Of a DNA stretch of 25,022 bases, positions 8,174 through 16,362 are shown piece by piece. The DNA lies in contig CAYHYM010000007.1 of the NCBI GenBank assembly GCA_964360965.1, forward strand, positions 1-25,022. The letters are read 5' to 3'. The DNA is from an uncultured Gammaproteobacteria bacterium. Lineage in GTDB: Bacteria > Patescibacteriota > Microgenomatia > Daviesbacterales > UBA10151. Within the stretch, counting starts at the first letter, position 1; each line of letters begins with the position of its first letter. A program made the translations under genes and the position numbers. Below the pieces are notes generated by a model. The model saw nothing but the letters and a program-made list of their open reading frames with translations. It did not search any database and had not been told where the DNA came from.

Positions 8174-8448
8174 TAAAATTTTAGTCCTCCTTCTCTGGCG
8201 CCTCTGGCAAGTTCTGCTATTCTACCATGGTATAAAAAATTACCTCTGTCAAAAACTACCTCAGTAATTTTTTTTCTACTTGCTTTTTGGGCTATTTTTT
8301 TACCTACCTCATAAGCCTTTTCTTTGTTTAAACTTTTAGCCACATTTAAATCTGATTCAGATACCAAAATTATACCTTTACTATCATCTATTATTTGAGC
8401 ATATATATGCTTACTGGATTTAAATACAGACAGTCTTAGACGATTCAT
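8173..8448 (-). CDS. rplR: 50S ribosomal protein uL18, N-terminally short
   Basis: 91 aa. RLSVFKSSKHIYAQIIDD ... VFDRGNFLYHGRIAELARGAREGGLKF is uL18. It begins at the point equivalent to roughly residue 25 of typical uL18. The ATG overlaps the rplF stop (ATGA), and the ORF cannot be extended upstream. Confidence 0.92.
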   Translation of the reverse strand: MNRLRLSVFKSSKHIYAQIIDDSKGIILVSESDLNVAKSLNKEKAYEVGKKIAQKASRKKITEVVFDRGNFLYHGRIAELARGAREGGLKF

Positions 8449-9005
8449 AACCCTCCTCCCACCCCGCTCATTTTACCTGCTTTGCCGGGTTTTTTCCTGA
8501 CATACTCACCTTCATACCTGACACCTTTACCTTTGTAAGGATCGGGCGGTCTTATTTTTCGAATATTTGCTGCCACCTGACCTACCAAATACTTATCAAT
8601 GCCAAAAATGGCAATTTTAGTATTATCTAAAATATCAAACTGAATCCCTTCAGGAGCTGATATTTCAATAGGGTGAGAAAAACCCAAAGACAACGTCAAT
8701 TTTTCACCACTTTTTACTACTCTAAAACCCACACCCTGAAGTTCGACTGTTTTAGACCAACCCTGATCAACTCCTGTCACCATGTTGGCAATAAGAGCGC
8801 GCATTAAACCATGCAAACCCTCACTTTTTTTGGTAATCTCCTTTATCTTTAAAAAAATTTTATCTTCTCTAACCTCCACCTCAATGGCGGGGTGCACATT
8901 CAAAGACAGACTGCCTTTTGGCCCTGAAACCACCAAATTATTAATCTTTTTCTCAACCTTAACACTATTTGGTATGGATATTGGTAAGTTTCCTATACGA
9001 CTCAT
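8445..9005 (-). CDS. rplF: 50S ribosomal protein uL6
   Basis: Start taken at MSRIGNLPISIP (ATG at 9005), 5 nt after the rpsH stop. It has the two-domain uL6 pattern and a PYKGKGVRYEGEYVRKK C-terminus. Confidence 0.94.
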   Translation of the reverse strand: MSRIGNLPISIPNSVKVEKKINNLVVSGPKGSLSLNVHPAIEVEVREDKIFLKIKEITKKSEGLHGLMRALIANMVTGVDQGWSKTVELQGVGFRVVKSGEKLTLSLGFSHPIEISAPEGIQFDILDNTKIAIFGIDKYLVGQVAANIRKIRPPDPYKGKGVRYEGEYVRKKPGKAGKMSGVGGGL

Positions 9006-9010
9006 TTTAT

Positions 9011-9388
9011 TTACCAAACCTCCGCCAGTACCTCTCCCCCAAGGCGAAGTTTGGCAGCCTTTCGATCTGACATAATTCCTTTAGGTGTGGATATTATTCT
9101 TATTCCTAAATTTGAAAAATATTTTGATAAGGCTGTCGCTTTTTTATAAATTCTCGCAGAGGGTTTAGATACTCTTTTCACCCCGGACAATGCCGGAGCA
9201 TGCTGATTATATTTTAATATAACCAATATTTGTCTATCTTTTTTGGTAGCATCCTCTATAAAATTTTCCTGTTTTAGAAGTTTGCATATTCTCATAACAG
9301 AATTTGAATGCTCAAGTGATACTTGAGGCTTTGAAGCCATATAACCGTTTTTAATTCTTATTAGTGCATCAGAAACAAAATCTTGCAT
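9011..9388 (-). CDS. rpsH: 30S ribosomal protein uS8
   Basis: 125 aa. DALIRIKNGYMA and GIRIISTPKGIMSDRKAAKLRLGGEVLAEVW are uS8 motifs. Confidence 0.95.
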   Translation of the reverse strand: MQDFVSDALIRIKNGYMASKPQVSLEHSNSVMRICKLLKQENFIEDATKKDRQILVILKYNQHAPALSGVKRVSKPSARIYKKATALSKYFSNLGIRIISTPKGIMSDRKAAKLRLGGEVLAEVW

Positions 9389-9389
9389 A

Positions 9390-9569
9390 TTACCAACTCG
9401 CTTTCTTGACTCCCGGCAAGAATCCCTGATGCGCTAAGTTTCTAAAACAAAGCCTGCAAAGATCAAACCTGCGTAAATACCCCCTTGACCTGCCACATTT
9501 TAAACATCTATTTCTTATCTGCACCTGATATTTAAATTTCTTTTTAACAATATTTGACACCTTAGCCAT
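9390..9569 (-). CDS. rpsN: 30S ribosomal protein uS14, zinc-binding type Z
   Basis: Hand-translated 59 aa: [59 protein letters not shown]. It has the CxxC...CxxC motif and the KASW C-terminus, and lies between rplE and rpsH. It is below the ORF-track length cut-off. Confidence 0.93.
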   Translation of the reverse strand: MAKVSNIVKKKFKYQVQIRNRCLKCGRSRGYLRRFDLCRLCFRNLAHQGFLPGVKKASW

Positions 9570-9572
9570 ATA

Positions 9573-10115
9573 TTACTTCCTAAAAGGCATGCCTAAAAGT
9601 TCCAATAGCATTTTTGCCTGATCATTATTTTGGGCGGTTGTAACAATGGTAATTTCCAAACCCCTGATCTTATCAATTGTTTTATAATCAACCTCTTGAA
9701 AGATAGTCTGTTCCCGAATTCCAATACTTAAATTTCCTCTCCCGTCAAAAGATTTCACAGATATGCCTTTGAAATCTCTTACTTTTGGCAGTGCCATATT
9801 GACCAGTCTATCAAAAAAAGCATACATTCTTTCCCCCCTTAAGGTTAATTTCATGCCAATGGGCTGTCCGGCGCTCACTTTAAAAGAAGATATTGATTTT
9901 TTGGCCAAAGTTACCACAGGCATCTGACCGGCAATAGAGCTTAGGTATTTCTTTACTATTTCCAAAACTGCCTGATTATCTTTTGCCTCACCCAAACCAA
10001 TACTGATAATAATTTTTTCCAGTTTTGGAATTGCCAATTTATTTTTTAAAGCATACTCTTGCTGTATTTTGGGTAGTATCTCTTGCTGATATTTTATTTT
10101 TAACCGATTTATCAT
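9573..10115 (-). CDS. rplE: 50S ribosomal protein uL5
   Basis: Start taken at MINRLKIKYQQEI (ATG at 10115), which forms an ATGA overlap with the rplX stop. GQMPVVTLAKKSISSFKV and FDGRGNLSIGIREQTIFQE are uL5 motifs. Confidence 0.93.
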   Translation of the reverse strand: MINRLKIKYQQEILPKIQQEYALKNKLAIPKLEKIIISIGLGEAKDNQAVLEIVKKYLSSIAGQMPVVTLAKKSISSFKVSAGQPIGMKLTLRGERMYAFFDRLVNMALPKVRDFKGISVKSFDGRGNLSIGIREQTIFQEVDYKTIDKIRGLEITIVTTAQNNDQAKMLLELLGMPFRK

Positions 10116-10423
10116 AACTGATTGATCTCCTTTTTGCATTTTTTACAAATTCTTATCTTACTGGCCCCTTTTAACACAAATCCAACTCTGGTAGGTTTCT
10201 GACAAGTAGGACATATCAACATCACATTGGAAATATTAATTGGCTTTACAATATTAATAATTCCTCCCTCTCTATCTCCCTGTTTTCTCACATGCCTTTT
10301 ATAGGTATTCACAGAAGTTACCATAATTTTCCTTTCCTTACTTAAGACATACTCAATACTCCCTATTTTACCGCGATCCTTACCTAATAATACTTTGACT
10401 TTATCGCCTTTTTTAATCTTCAT
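10112..10423 (-). CDS. rplX: 50S ribosomal protein uL24, Cys4 variant
   Basis: Start taken at MKIKKGDKVKVLLGKDRGK (KOW motif; ATG at 10423, 8 nt after the rplN stop). It contains CPTC...CKKC, a probable zinc-ribbon variant of uL24. Confidence 0.92.
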   Translation of the reverse strand: MKIKKGDKVKVLLGKDRGKIGSIEYVLSKERKIMVTSVNTYKRHVRKQGDREGGIINIVKPINISNVMLICPTCQKPTRVGFVLKGASKIRICKKCKKEINQL

Positions 10424-10431
10424 ACAATTTC

Positions 10432-10800
10432 CTACCACACCTCCTGAGCAAGTGAAATAATCTTGGTAAATCCTTTATCTCTTACTTCGCGGGCTACGGG
10501 TCCAAAAATTCTGGTGGCCCTTAAATTGCCGTCTTGATCAACAATTACTCCTGCATTATCATCAAATTTTATATATGATCCATCATCACGCCTGACTTCT
10601 TTCTTGGTCCTAACTATCACACTTTTGACAATTTCATGATCTTTAACTTGACCATTTGGATCTGCTCCTTTAACAACAGCCACCACAATTTCACCTAAAG
10701 ATGCTTTTCTTTTGCCGGAACCTCCTAAAGGTTGGATTACTTGTAATATCTTTGCCCCGCTATTATCTGCCACTTTTAACATTGATCTATGTTGTACCAT
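10432..10800 (-). CDS. rplN: 50S ribosomal protein uL14
   Basis: 122 aa. [23 protein letters not shown] ... [26 protein letters not shown] is classic uL14. Confidence 0.97.
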   Translation of the reverse strand: MVQHRSMLKVADNSGAKILQVIQPLGGSGKRKASLGEIVVAVVKGADPNGQVKDHEIVKSVIVRTKKEVRRDDGSYIKFDDNAGVIVDQDGNLRATRIFGPVAREVRDKGFTKIISLAQEVW

Positions 10801-10801
10801 A

Positions 10802-11218
10802 TTACTTAACCTCTTTCTGTTTTTTAACTTTTATCTTTTTTGTTGTTTTTGTCGGAGTTTCAGCAGCATCAGTTTTTATTTGACCTGCTGATTCACTGAC
10901 ACTCTGACCCACTGACTCTTCCGGCTTCTCTGGCATCACCTCTGCAATGATTTCTTCCGCTGCTACTTTTAGTTTTTCTTTTGCAATTTCTGACAAATTC
11001 TTTCCCACTACTTTGGCGATCCGCCAGTGTTTATTTTTAGAAATAGGAGCAATTTTGATAATTTCCACCAAATCACCATCTTTAACACCGATTGGATCAT
11101 CTACTAAATACTTTTTGCTTCTTTTAAATGTTTTCTTATATATCGGATGCCTGGCAACTCTTTCGATCAAAACCACCGCCGTTTTTTGCATCTTGGTTGA
11201 TGTAACTCTGCCTATCAT
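10802..11218 (-). CDS. rpsQ: 30S ribosomal protein uS17 with a roughly 55-aa C-terminal tail
   Basis: 138 aa. [39 protein letters not shown] is the uS17 core. The tail is [59 protein letters not shown]. Confidence 0.93.
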   Translation of the reverse strand: MIGRVTSTKMQKTAVVLIERVARHPIYKKTFKRSKKYLVDDPIGVKDGDLVEIIKIAPISKNKHWRIAKVVGKNLSEIAKEKLKVAAEEIIAEVMPEKPEESVGQSVSESAGQIKTDAAETPTKTTKKIKVKKQKEVK

Positions 11219-11526
11219 TTTGTTTTGGACAATTCTGTCCTACCTCTCTTTCTTGATGGAGGTTTTTTTGTGGAATTGTCCACTACGACCACTTTCTCGG
11301 AATTTTCAGTTTTTGGAGTTAATTCTTCTAAAAGTTGTTTTTGTCTTACCACTGTTAAAATTTGCGCTAAATCTTTTCTTTTTTTAGAAATCATCTTCAA
11401 ATCTTTTAATTTTTTCATATTTTTTTCCATGGTTAATTCGCCAATTTCACCTTTGAGAGATTTTGCCTTATCTTTCAACTCTTTAACATCTAAATTTTTA
11501 ATTTGTGCAAATTCGTTTTTCTTCAT
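11215..11526 (-). CDS. rpmC: 50S ribosomal protein uL29 with a C-terminal tail
   Basis: 103 aa. The helical uL29 core (LDVKELKDKAKSLKGEIGELTMEK ... KKRKDLAQILTVVRQK) is followed by about 38 extra residues. It lies between rplP and rpsQ. Confidence 0.9.
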   Translation of the reverse strand: MKKNEFAQIKNLDVKELKDKAKSLKGEIGELTMEKNMKKLKDLKMISKKRKDLAQILTVVRQKQLLEELTPKTENSEKVVVVDNSTKKPPSRKRGRTELSKTK

Positions 11527-11530
11527 AATA

Positions 11531-11947
11531 TTAATTTTCTCTTTTTACAAATTTTGTTTGTATAGGCAATTTATGAGAGGCCAGTCTTAAGGCTTCTTGC
11601 GCCATTTGAAAGGGAACTGCACCCACCTCAAAAATCAGCTGTCCAGGTTTAACAACTGCCACATACCCTTCTACATCCCCTTTGCCAGAACCCATCCTCG
11701 ATTCTGCAGGATGGCGAGTTATGGGTTTATCCGGAAATATCCTTATCCAAATACGACCACCTCTTTTTGTATAGTTGGTCATTGATCTTCTGGCCGCCTC
11801 AATCTGACGGGAGGTCAACCACCCTGCTGCCATAGATTTTAATCCATACTGTCCAAAAGAAAGCATACTTCCCCGAGTGGCGATTCCTCTTCTTTTACCT
11901 CTGAAAGCTTTACGATATTTTGTTCTTCTTGGTTGAAGTAATGCCAT
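11531..11947 (-). CDS. rplP: 50S ribosomal protein uL16
   Basis: 138 aa. [21 protein letters not shown] and [19 protein letters not shown] are uL16 motifs. Confidence 0.97.
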   Translation of the reverse strand: MALLQPRRTKYRKAFRGKRRGIATRGSMLSFGQYGLKSMAAGWLTSRQIEAARRSMTNYTKRGGRIWIRIFPDKPITRHPAESRMGSGKGDVEGYVAVVKPGQLIFEVGAVPFQMAQEALRLASHKLPIQTKFVKREN

Positions 11948-11948
11948 A

Positions 11949-12587
11949 TTAAATTTCTTCTCCTTTATGTATCCAAACTTTTACTCCCACATAACCTGAT
12001 TTTGTTAAAGCAGGGTATATAGCAAAATCTATATTTGCACGTAATGTATGCAGCGGCAAGCTACCGGAAGTTTTGCTTTCACGTCTGGCAATTTCTGCCC
12101 CGCCAATCCTGCCGGACAAAACTATTCTTACTCCCTTTGCCCCGGCATTTCTTACCCTTTCCACTGCCTGATTCATCACTCTTTGTGCAGGTAATCTTTT
12201 GAGAAGTTGGTCGGCAATACCAAGTGCTACAAGATAAGCCGAAAGATCAGCTGATTTTAACTCTTTTGGAACAATTTCCAATGTATTATCACTTTTGATA
12301 TTTAAGTTTTGCATTAACAATTTCTTTAGTTCTATCAAACCTGTGCCACCCCGGCCAATCAGCACTCCCGGCCTTGCTACACTGATAATGATTTTTAATT
12401 TATTAATTGATCTTTCAATTTCTACGGATGCTACTCCGGCCGGCCTTAACTTTTTCATCAGTAATTCTCTTATTTTTATATCTTCTATAACCAACTGGCG
12501 ATATTTGTTTTTATTGGCAAACCATCTAGATTGCCAATCCACCCCTACCCCAATTCTAAAACCAATTGGATGAATTTTTTGACCCAT
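11949..12587 (-). CDS. rpsC: 30S ribosomal protein uS3
   Basis: Start taken at ATG 12587 ([13 protein letters not shown]), which has a TGATG overlap with the rplV stop. The ORF-track start at 12590 is a GTG one codon upstream. KH domain and [10 protein letters not shown] motif are present. Confidence 0.96.
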   Translation of the reverse strand: MGQKIHPIGFRIGVGVDWQSRWFANKNKYRQLVIEDIKIRELLMKKLRPAGVASVEIERSINKLKIIISVARPGVLIGRGGTGLIELKKLLMQNLNIKSDNTLEIVPKELKSADLSAYLVALGIADQLLKRLPAQRVMNQAVERVRNAGAKGVRIVLSGRIGGAEIARRESKTSGSLPLHTLRANIDFAIYPALTKSGYVGVKVWIHKGEEI

Positions 12588-12925
12588 CACTTACTCCCTT
12601 CATCACTCAAAACTATTTTTATATGGCTAATTCTTTTTTTATATGGACTCACTCTTCCTCTGGGAGCGGGTCGCATTCTTTTAAGCCTCGGTCCTTCATT
12701 AACTTCTATTTTTTTAAAAAAAACTTGATCCTGATCCAAACCTTTTTGTCTAGTATTGGCCAGGGCCACTTTTACAGCCTTGGCTAAATGAAGCCCGGCA
12801 ACCTGAGGTGTAAACTTGAGTATTTCCAGGGCTTTTGCTGGTGTCATTTTGCGAATTAAACCTGCCACCAACCGTAGTTTCCTAGGACTTATGTGTATAT
12901 ATTTTTGATTTGTTATAACTTCCAT
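12587..12925 (-). CDS. rplV: 50S ribosomal protein uL22
   Basis: Start taken at MEVITNQKYIHISPRKLRLVAGLIR (ATG at 12925), one nt after the rpsS stop. The long ORF-track N-extension overlaps rpsS and was rejected. Confidence 0.93.
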   Translation of the reverse strand: MEVITNQKYIHISPRKLRLVAGLIRKMTPAKALEILKFTPQVAGLHLAKAVKVALANTRQKGLDQDQVFFKKIEVNEGPRLKRMRPAPRGRVSPYKKRISHIKIVLSDEGSK

Positions 12926-12926
12926 A

Positions 12927-13229
12927 TTAGGTTTTCTCCAATACCCTTTTGGCAATTGTTCCATGGGATCTAAAAATTCTTGTTGGCGCAAACTCTCCCA
13001 ATTTATGTCCCACCATACTCTCTGAAACAAAAACATTTACAAAGTTTTTCCCTTGATGAACCAAAAATGTATGACCCACAAACTCTGGTGGGATTTGTGA
13101 TCTTCTGGCCCAAGTTTTAATTGGAGTCTTCGTGCCGGAGGCACCCCCTATTCCACCCTCTTTTTGCTTGAGAACTTTTTTCATTAATTTCTCGTCAATA
13201 TACGGTCCTTTTTTACTAGATCTGGACAT
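12927..13229 (-). CDS. rpsS: 30S ribosomal protein uS19
   Basis: Start at ATG 13229 ([12 protein letters not shown]), with a TGATG overlap on the rplB stop. [12 protein letters not shown] is the uS19 signature. There is a small Gly-rich insertion ([11 protein letters not shown]). Confidence 0.95.
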   Translation of the reverse strand: MSRSSKKGPYIDEKLMKKVLKQKEGGIGGASGTKTPIKTWARRSQIPPEFVGHTFLVHQGKNFVNVFVSESMVGHKLGEFAPTRIFRSHGTIAKRVLEKT

Positions 13230-13963
13230 CACTTTCTCCTTTTCAAAATATATTTATTCGTCCACTTAGTCTTTTTCCTGGTTTTGCCAACTGCCGGTTT
13301 TCCATAAACCGTCATTGGTTTTTTACGACCAACGCCGGATCGACCCTCTCCTCCACCGTGTGGATGAGAGTCAGGATCCATAGCCACTCCTCTTACCTGT
13401 GGTCTAATCCCCATGTGCCGCGATCTTCCTGCTTTGCCAATTACTCTTTGTTTCATATTTTCATTACCTAAACTGCCAATTGTAGCCATTGCCTCCAAAG
13501 GCACCATTCTTGCCTCACCTGATGGCATCTTCAGATGCGCAAACCCCGCTTCTTTGGCCAGCAGTTGGATGGCAACTCCTGCTGATCTTGCCAACTGTCC
13601 GCCTCTGCCGGGTATAAGTTCAACGTTGTGTAAAAGCGTACCCACGGTAATATTTTTAAGTTTCATGGCATTGCCGGATTTTACTTCCATCTTATCCCCG
13701 GCAGACACTTTATCTCCAATTTTTATCCCCTTTGGCGAAAGAATATAGCGATATTCCCCATCAGGATATTTAATTAAAGCAACATCCACATTTCTATTTG
13801 GATCATATTCTAAACCAATAACCTCACCCTCCACCCCAAATTTATCTCTTTTGAAATCTATCTCACGATAGTATCTTTTATGCCGACCTCCTTGACCGCG
13901 TACCGTCACCCTGCCATGAGACCTGCCGGAATGTTTTTTTAATATAGTTTTTAAATTTTTCAT
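13229..13963 (-). CDS. rplB: 50S ribosomal protein uL2, N-terminally short
   Basis: 244 aa. [23 protein letters not shown] ... [15 protein letters not shown] is uL2. About 30 residues normally found before the GR.T.R..GGGHK motif are absent. Only 9 nt separate it from rplW. Confidence 0.95.
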   Translation of the reverse strand: MKNLKTILKKHSGRSHGRVTVRGQGGRHKRYYREIDFKRDKFGVEGEVIGLEYDPNRNVDVALIKYPDGEYRYILSPKGIKIGDKVSAGDKMEVKSGNAMKLKNITVGTLLHNVELIPGRGGQLARSAGVAIQLLAKEAGFAHLKMPSGEARMVPLEAMATIGSLGNENMKQRVIGKAGRSRHMGIRPQVRGVAMDPDSHPHGGGEGRSGVGRKKPMTVYGKPAVGKTRKKTKWTNKYILKRRK

Positions 13964-13972
13964 GTATCCTCC

Positions 13973-14398
13973 CTACGTTGGAATCACCTTTCTTTGTGTT
14001 GTAGGTGCAGCTCCTGTAGCCCCTCTCTCAACTCTCACATTAGTTCTTCTAAAAATATCTTTCCTTTCCTTAATTACCTGCGGTTCACCCTCCGGGGTGG
14101 TTACCAAAGCTTCATCTTTTGGCGTTTCAAAAATGGCAATTTTCTGCCCATTTTTAACCTTGACTATGGCTTTTTTAAATCCGGGGATTTCATAAGATTT
14201 CCTCGCTCTTTTTTGCATTTTTTTCTTTGGTTTGATATTTATGATTTTAACCTGAACTATATCTACTCCAAATTTATTTTTAACAGAATGAGCAATTTGT
14301 TTTTTATTAGCTTTATTGTCAACTAAAAAAATGTACTCTCCTAAAGAGGCTAATCTTGTTGATTTTTCCGTAATAATAGGTTTTATCAAAATTATCAT
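13973..14398 (-). CDS. rplW: 50S ribosomal protein uL23 with a roughly 50-aa C-terminal tail
   Basis: 141 aa. The core is IKPIITEKSTRLASLGEYIFLVDNKANKKQIAHSVKNKFGVDIVQVKIIN ... KKAIVKVKNGQKI. The extra tail is TPKDEALVTTPEGEPQVIKERKDIFRRTNVRVERGATGAAPTTQRKVIPT. Confidence 0.9.
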   Translation of the reverse strand: MIILIKPIITEKSTRLASLGEYIFLVDNKANKKQIAHSVKNKFGVDIVQVKIINIKPKKKMQKRARKSYEIPGFKKAIVKVKNGQKIAIFETPKDEALVTTPEGEPQVIKERKDIFRRTNVRVERGATGAAPTTQRKVIPT

Positions 14399-15054
14399 TT
14401 TAAATTCTCCAGCGCGTCCTTGGTAACAAGTAACTTTTGATGCCGTAAAATTTCATAGGTATTAATTAAATTAATAGGCAAAATATCCACTCCAGGGATA
14501 TTCCTGACAGCTCTTAAGGCATTATCTTGTTTTTTACCTGTAACAATCAGAGCATTTTTAATATTTAATTTTGCGAGTAAATTTGCCATTTGTTTTGTTT
14601 TACCGGTTGATTTTTCCAGTCCGGAAATTGCCAAAATGTCTTTTTCTACAAACTTACTGGATAAAGCATTAATTAGTGCTTTTCTTTTCATCTTTTTGGG
14701 TAAGGCAAGCCTTACTTTTCTTGGTCTTGGCCCGAAAACCACTCCTCCTCCCACAAAAATTGGGGCAGTCCTAGCTCCATGTCTGGCCCTACCTGTTCCT
14801 TTTTGTTTCCATATCTTGGCAGTTGAACCCCTTACTTCACCTCTGGTTTTGGTTGAGGCTGTAAAAGTTTTTAGGTTTGTCATATACACCCTAATTGCTT
14901 GAGCAAGCAACTTTTCATTCACCTTTGCTCCAAATACTTCTTTTGGTAAGACATAAGTTCCGGAAGCTCTACCTGCTAGAGAATACACTGGCACTGACAA
15001 GCTTCCTCTTTTAGGCTTGTCATCCTGAGTGGTAACTTTTTTAACTCTGGGCAT
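14395..15054 (-). CDS. rplD: 50S ribosomal protein uL4
   Basis: 219 aa. KTRGEVRGSTAKIWKQKGTGRARHGARTAPIFVGGGVVFGPRPR is the uL4 signature. It has an ATGA overlap with rplW. Confidence 0.96.
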   Translation of the reverse strand: MPRVKKVTTQDDKPKRGSLSVPVYSLAGRASGTYVLPKEVFGAKVNEKLLAQAIRVYMTNLKTFTASTKTRGEVRGSTAKIWKQKGTGRARHGARTAPIFVGGGVVFGPRPRKVRLALPKKMKRKALINALSSKFVEKDILAISGLEKSTGKTKQMANLLAKLNIKNALIVTGKKQDNALRAVRNIPGVDILPINLINTYEILRHQKLLVTKDALENLK

Positions 15055-15835
15055 CTTTTATTTCCTCCTTTTGTGGTTCTGTCTTTTCCACCTTCTGTTC
15101 TCCAGAGTCTTCACTTGATTCTTGATTCTTGTCGCTTGCTTCTTCCTCTTCCTCTATCTTTTCCTCTGGCGGAGGAGTGTAACCTTTAATTCTTCCTAAG
15201 TTTGCCACCATAACCAAACCATTTGTTGAACCAGGTACAGCACCTTTAATAGTTAACAGATTCTTTTCTTTATCCACACCAACCACCTCTAGTCCCTTAG
15301 TGGAAACCTTAACATTTCCCATATGCCCTGCCATTTTCTTACCTTTGTAAACTCTGCCCGGAGTTGTGCCTGAACCAATGGAACCGGGTGCGCGATGTCT
15401 ATCTGATTGGCCGTGAGTTTTTGGTCCTCCATGAAAGCCGTGACGTCTGACACCACCTTGAAACCCCTTTCCTTTGGAAGTACCTGTCACTTTAACCACA
15501 TCTCCAATAGAAAAAACCCGATCAACTGTGATTTGCTGACCAGGTTTCAAATCTCCCCAATCTCCCTGATTTCCCTTATCATCCCTAATCTCCCTAAAGT
15601 GGCGGATCGGTTGCTCTACCCCTGCTTTTTTACCATGTCCAATTTGAGGTTTTTTCACTGACTTCTTACTACCATACCCAATTTGTATCCCGTTATATCC
15701 ATCTTTTCCCTCAGCAGTTTTTAATTGTGTTACAAAATTTGGACCAATTTCTACCATAGTTGCCCCCACCCTTCTTCCCCTAGAGTCGTAAGTGCTAATC
15801 ATTTGTTTTTTTATACCCAATAACGTGTTAATCAT
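15041..15835 (-). CDS. rplC: 50S ribosomal protein uL3 with an acidic C-terminal tail
   Basis: Start taken at ATG 15835 (MINTLLGIKKQMISTYD); the ORF-track start at 15847 is a TTG inside the upstream U-tract. FQGGVRRHGFHGGPKTHGQSDRHRAPGSIG is uL3. The last roughly 44 aa are PPPEEKIEEEEEASDKNQESSEDSGEQKVEKTEPQKEEIKDAQS. Confidence 0.94.
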   Translation of the reverse strand: MINTLLGIKKQMISTYDSRGRRVGATMVEIGPNFVTQLKTAEGKDGYNGIQIGYGSKKSVKKPQIGHGKKAGVEQPIRHFREIRDDKGNQGDWGDLKPGQQITVDRVFSIGDVVKVTGTSKGKGFQGGVRRHGFHGGPKTHGQSDRHRAPGSIGSGTTPGRVYKGKKMAGHMGNVKVSTKGLEVVGVDKEKNLLTIKGAVPGSTNGLVMVANLGRIKGYTPPPEEKIEEEEEASDKNQESSEDSGEQKVEKTEPQKEEIKDAQS

Positions 15836-15845
15836 AAAAATCCAC

Positions 15846-15886
15846 AAAAAAGAGTGAGCCCTTCGACTTTGCTCAGGGTCTCACTC
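15846..15886 (-). terminator. Intrinsic-terminator-like hairpin plus U-tract 10 nt upstream of the rplC start (candidate attenuator)
   Basis: Minus strand reads GAGTGAG-A-CCC TGAGCAAAGTCGAA GGG CTCACTC TTTTTT GTGGATTTTT ATG. The stem is 10 bp with one bulged A, the loop is 14 nt, and six T follow. Confidence 0.5.
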
Positions 15887-15963
15887 AGTAAATGTGCTTA
15901 CACAAATTACTGAAATTTATTTATTTTTATATTTAATTTTTACCATCTGCATGGTATGGGAAA

Positions 15964-15992
15964 ATTGTAACAGAGGCTGAAGCTAATTGCAA
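15964..15992 (-). promoter_or_regulatory. Sigma70-type promoter between rpsJ and rplC
   Basis: Minus strand reads TTGCAA (15992-15987), a 17-nt spacer, then TGT-TACAAT (-10 at 15969-15964, extended TG). It lies 23 nt after the rpsJ stop and about 120 nt upstream of the rplC ATG. Confidence 0.5.
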
Positions 15993-16014
15993 GGAACCGT
16001 GAAACTGTTATAAT
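15987..16014 (+). promoter_or_regulatory. Possible oppositely oriented promoter sharing the palindromic -35 (would drive antisense to rpsJ)
   Basis: Plus strand reads TTGCAA (15987-15992), a 16-nt spacer, then TGT-TATAAT (-10 at 16009-16014). TTGCAA is its own reverse complement and is the same hexamer used by the minus-strand promoter. Confidence 0.25.
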
Positions 16015-16015
16015 A

Positions 16016-16324
16016 TCATATCTTAACTTCAATATCAACTCCTGCAGGGAGTTCCAGATGCGTTAGGGAATCAATTGTTTTTTGGGTTGGTTCTATGATA
16101 TCCAACATTCTTTTGTGAGTTTTTATTTCAAAAGCTTCTCTTGCGTCTTTATCTGTATGTGGAGAAGTCAAAACTGTAATTCTCTCTGTTTTGGTGGGGA
16201 GGGGAATAGGACCAATTACCTTGGCTCCGGTTCTTAAAGCTGTTTCCAGTAAAGACTCACAGGTTTGATCCAAAACCTTATGATCATAACTTTTGAGTCT
16301 AACACGAATTCTACCTTTCGGCAT
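16016..16324 (-). CDS. rpsJ: 30S ribosomal protein uS10
   Basis: 102 aa. [15 protein letters not shown] ... [27 protein letters not shown] is uS10. SD AAGGGG lies upstream. Confidence 0.97.
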   Translation of the reverse strand: MPKGRIRVRLKSYDHKVLDQTCESLLETALRTGAKVIGPIPLPTKTERITVLTSPHTDKDAREAFEIKTHKRMLDIIEPTQKTIDSLTHLELPAGVDIEVKI

Positions 16325-16362
16325 AAATTATATTTCCCCTTTCAATGTGCTAATTATACTGC

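Noticed and set aside
3659-13036. Long N-terminal extensions in the ORF track for rpsK (to 4147), rpsM (to 4502), rplF (to 9017), rplE (to 10139), rplX (to 10438), rplV (to 13036); likewise rplC (to 15847) and the Gre-like ORF (to 21438)
   Set aside because: The extensions overlap the preceding conserved gene or a terminator hairpin, and several start at TTG or GTG. Family-typical N-termini begin at internal ATGs placed 0-10 nt from the upstream stop.
15917-15952. 11-codon Lys-rich mini-ORF (MQMVKIKYKNK) in the rplC leader as a possible leader peptide
   Set aside because: It has no SD. It sits in very AT-rich sequence where such ORFs arise by chance, and nothing links it to the downstream hairpin.
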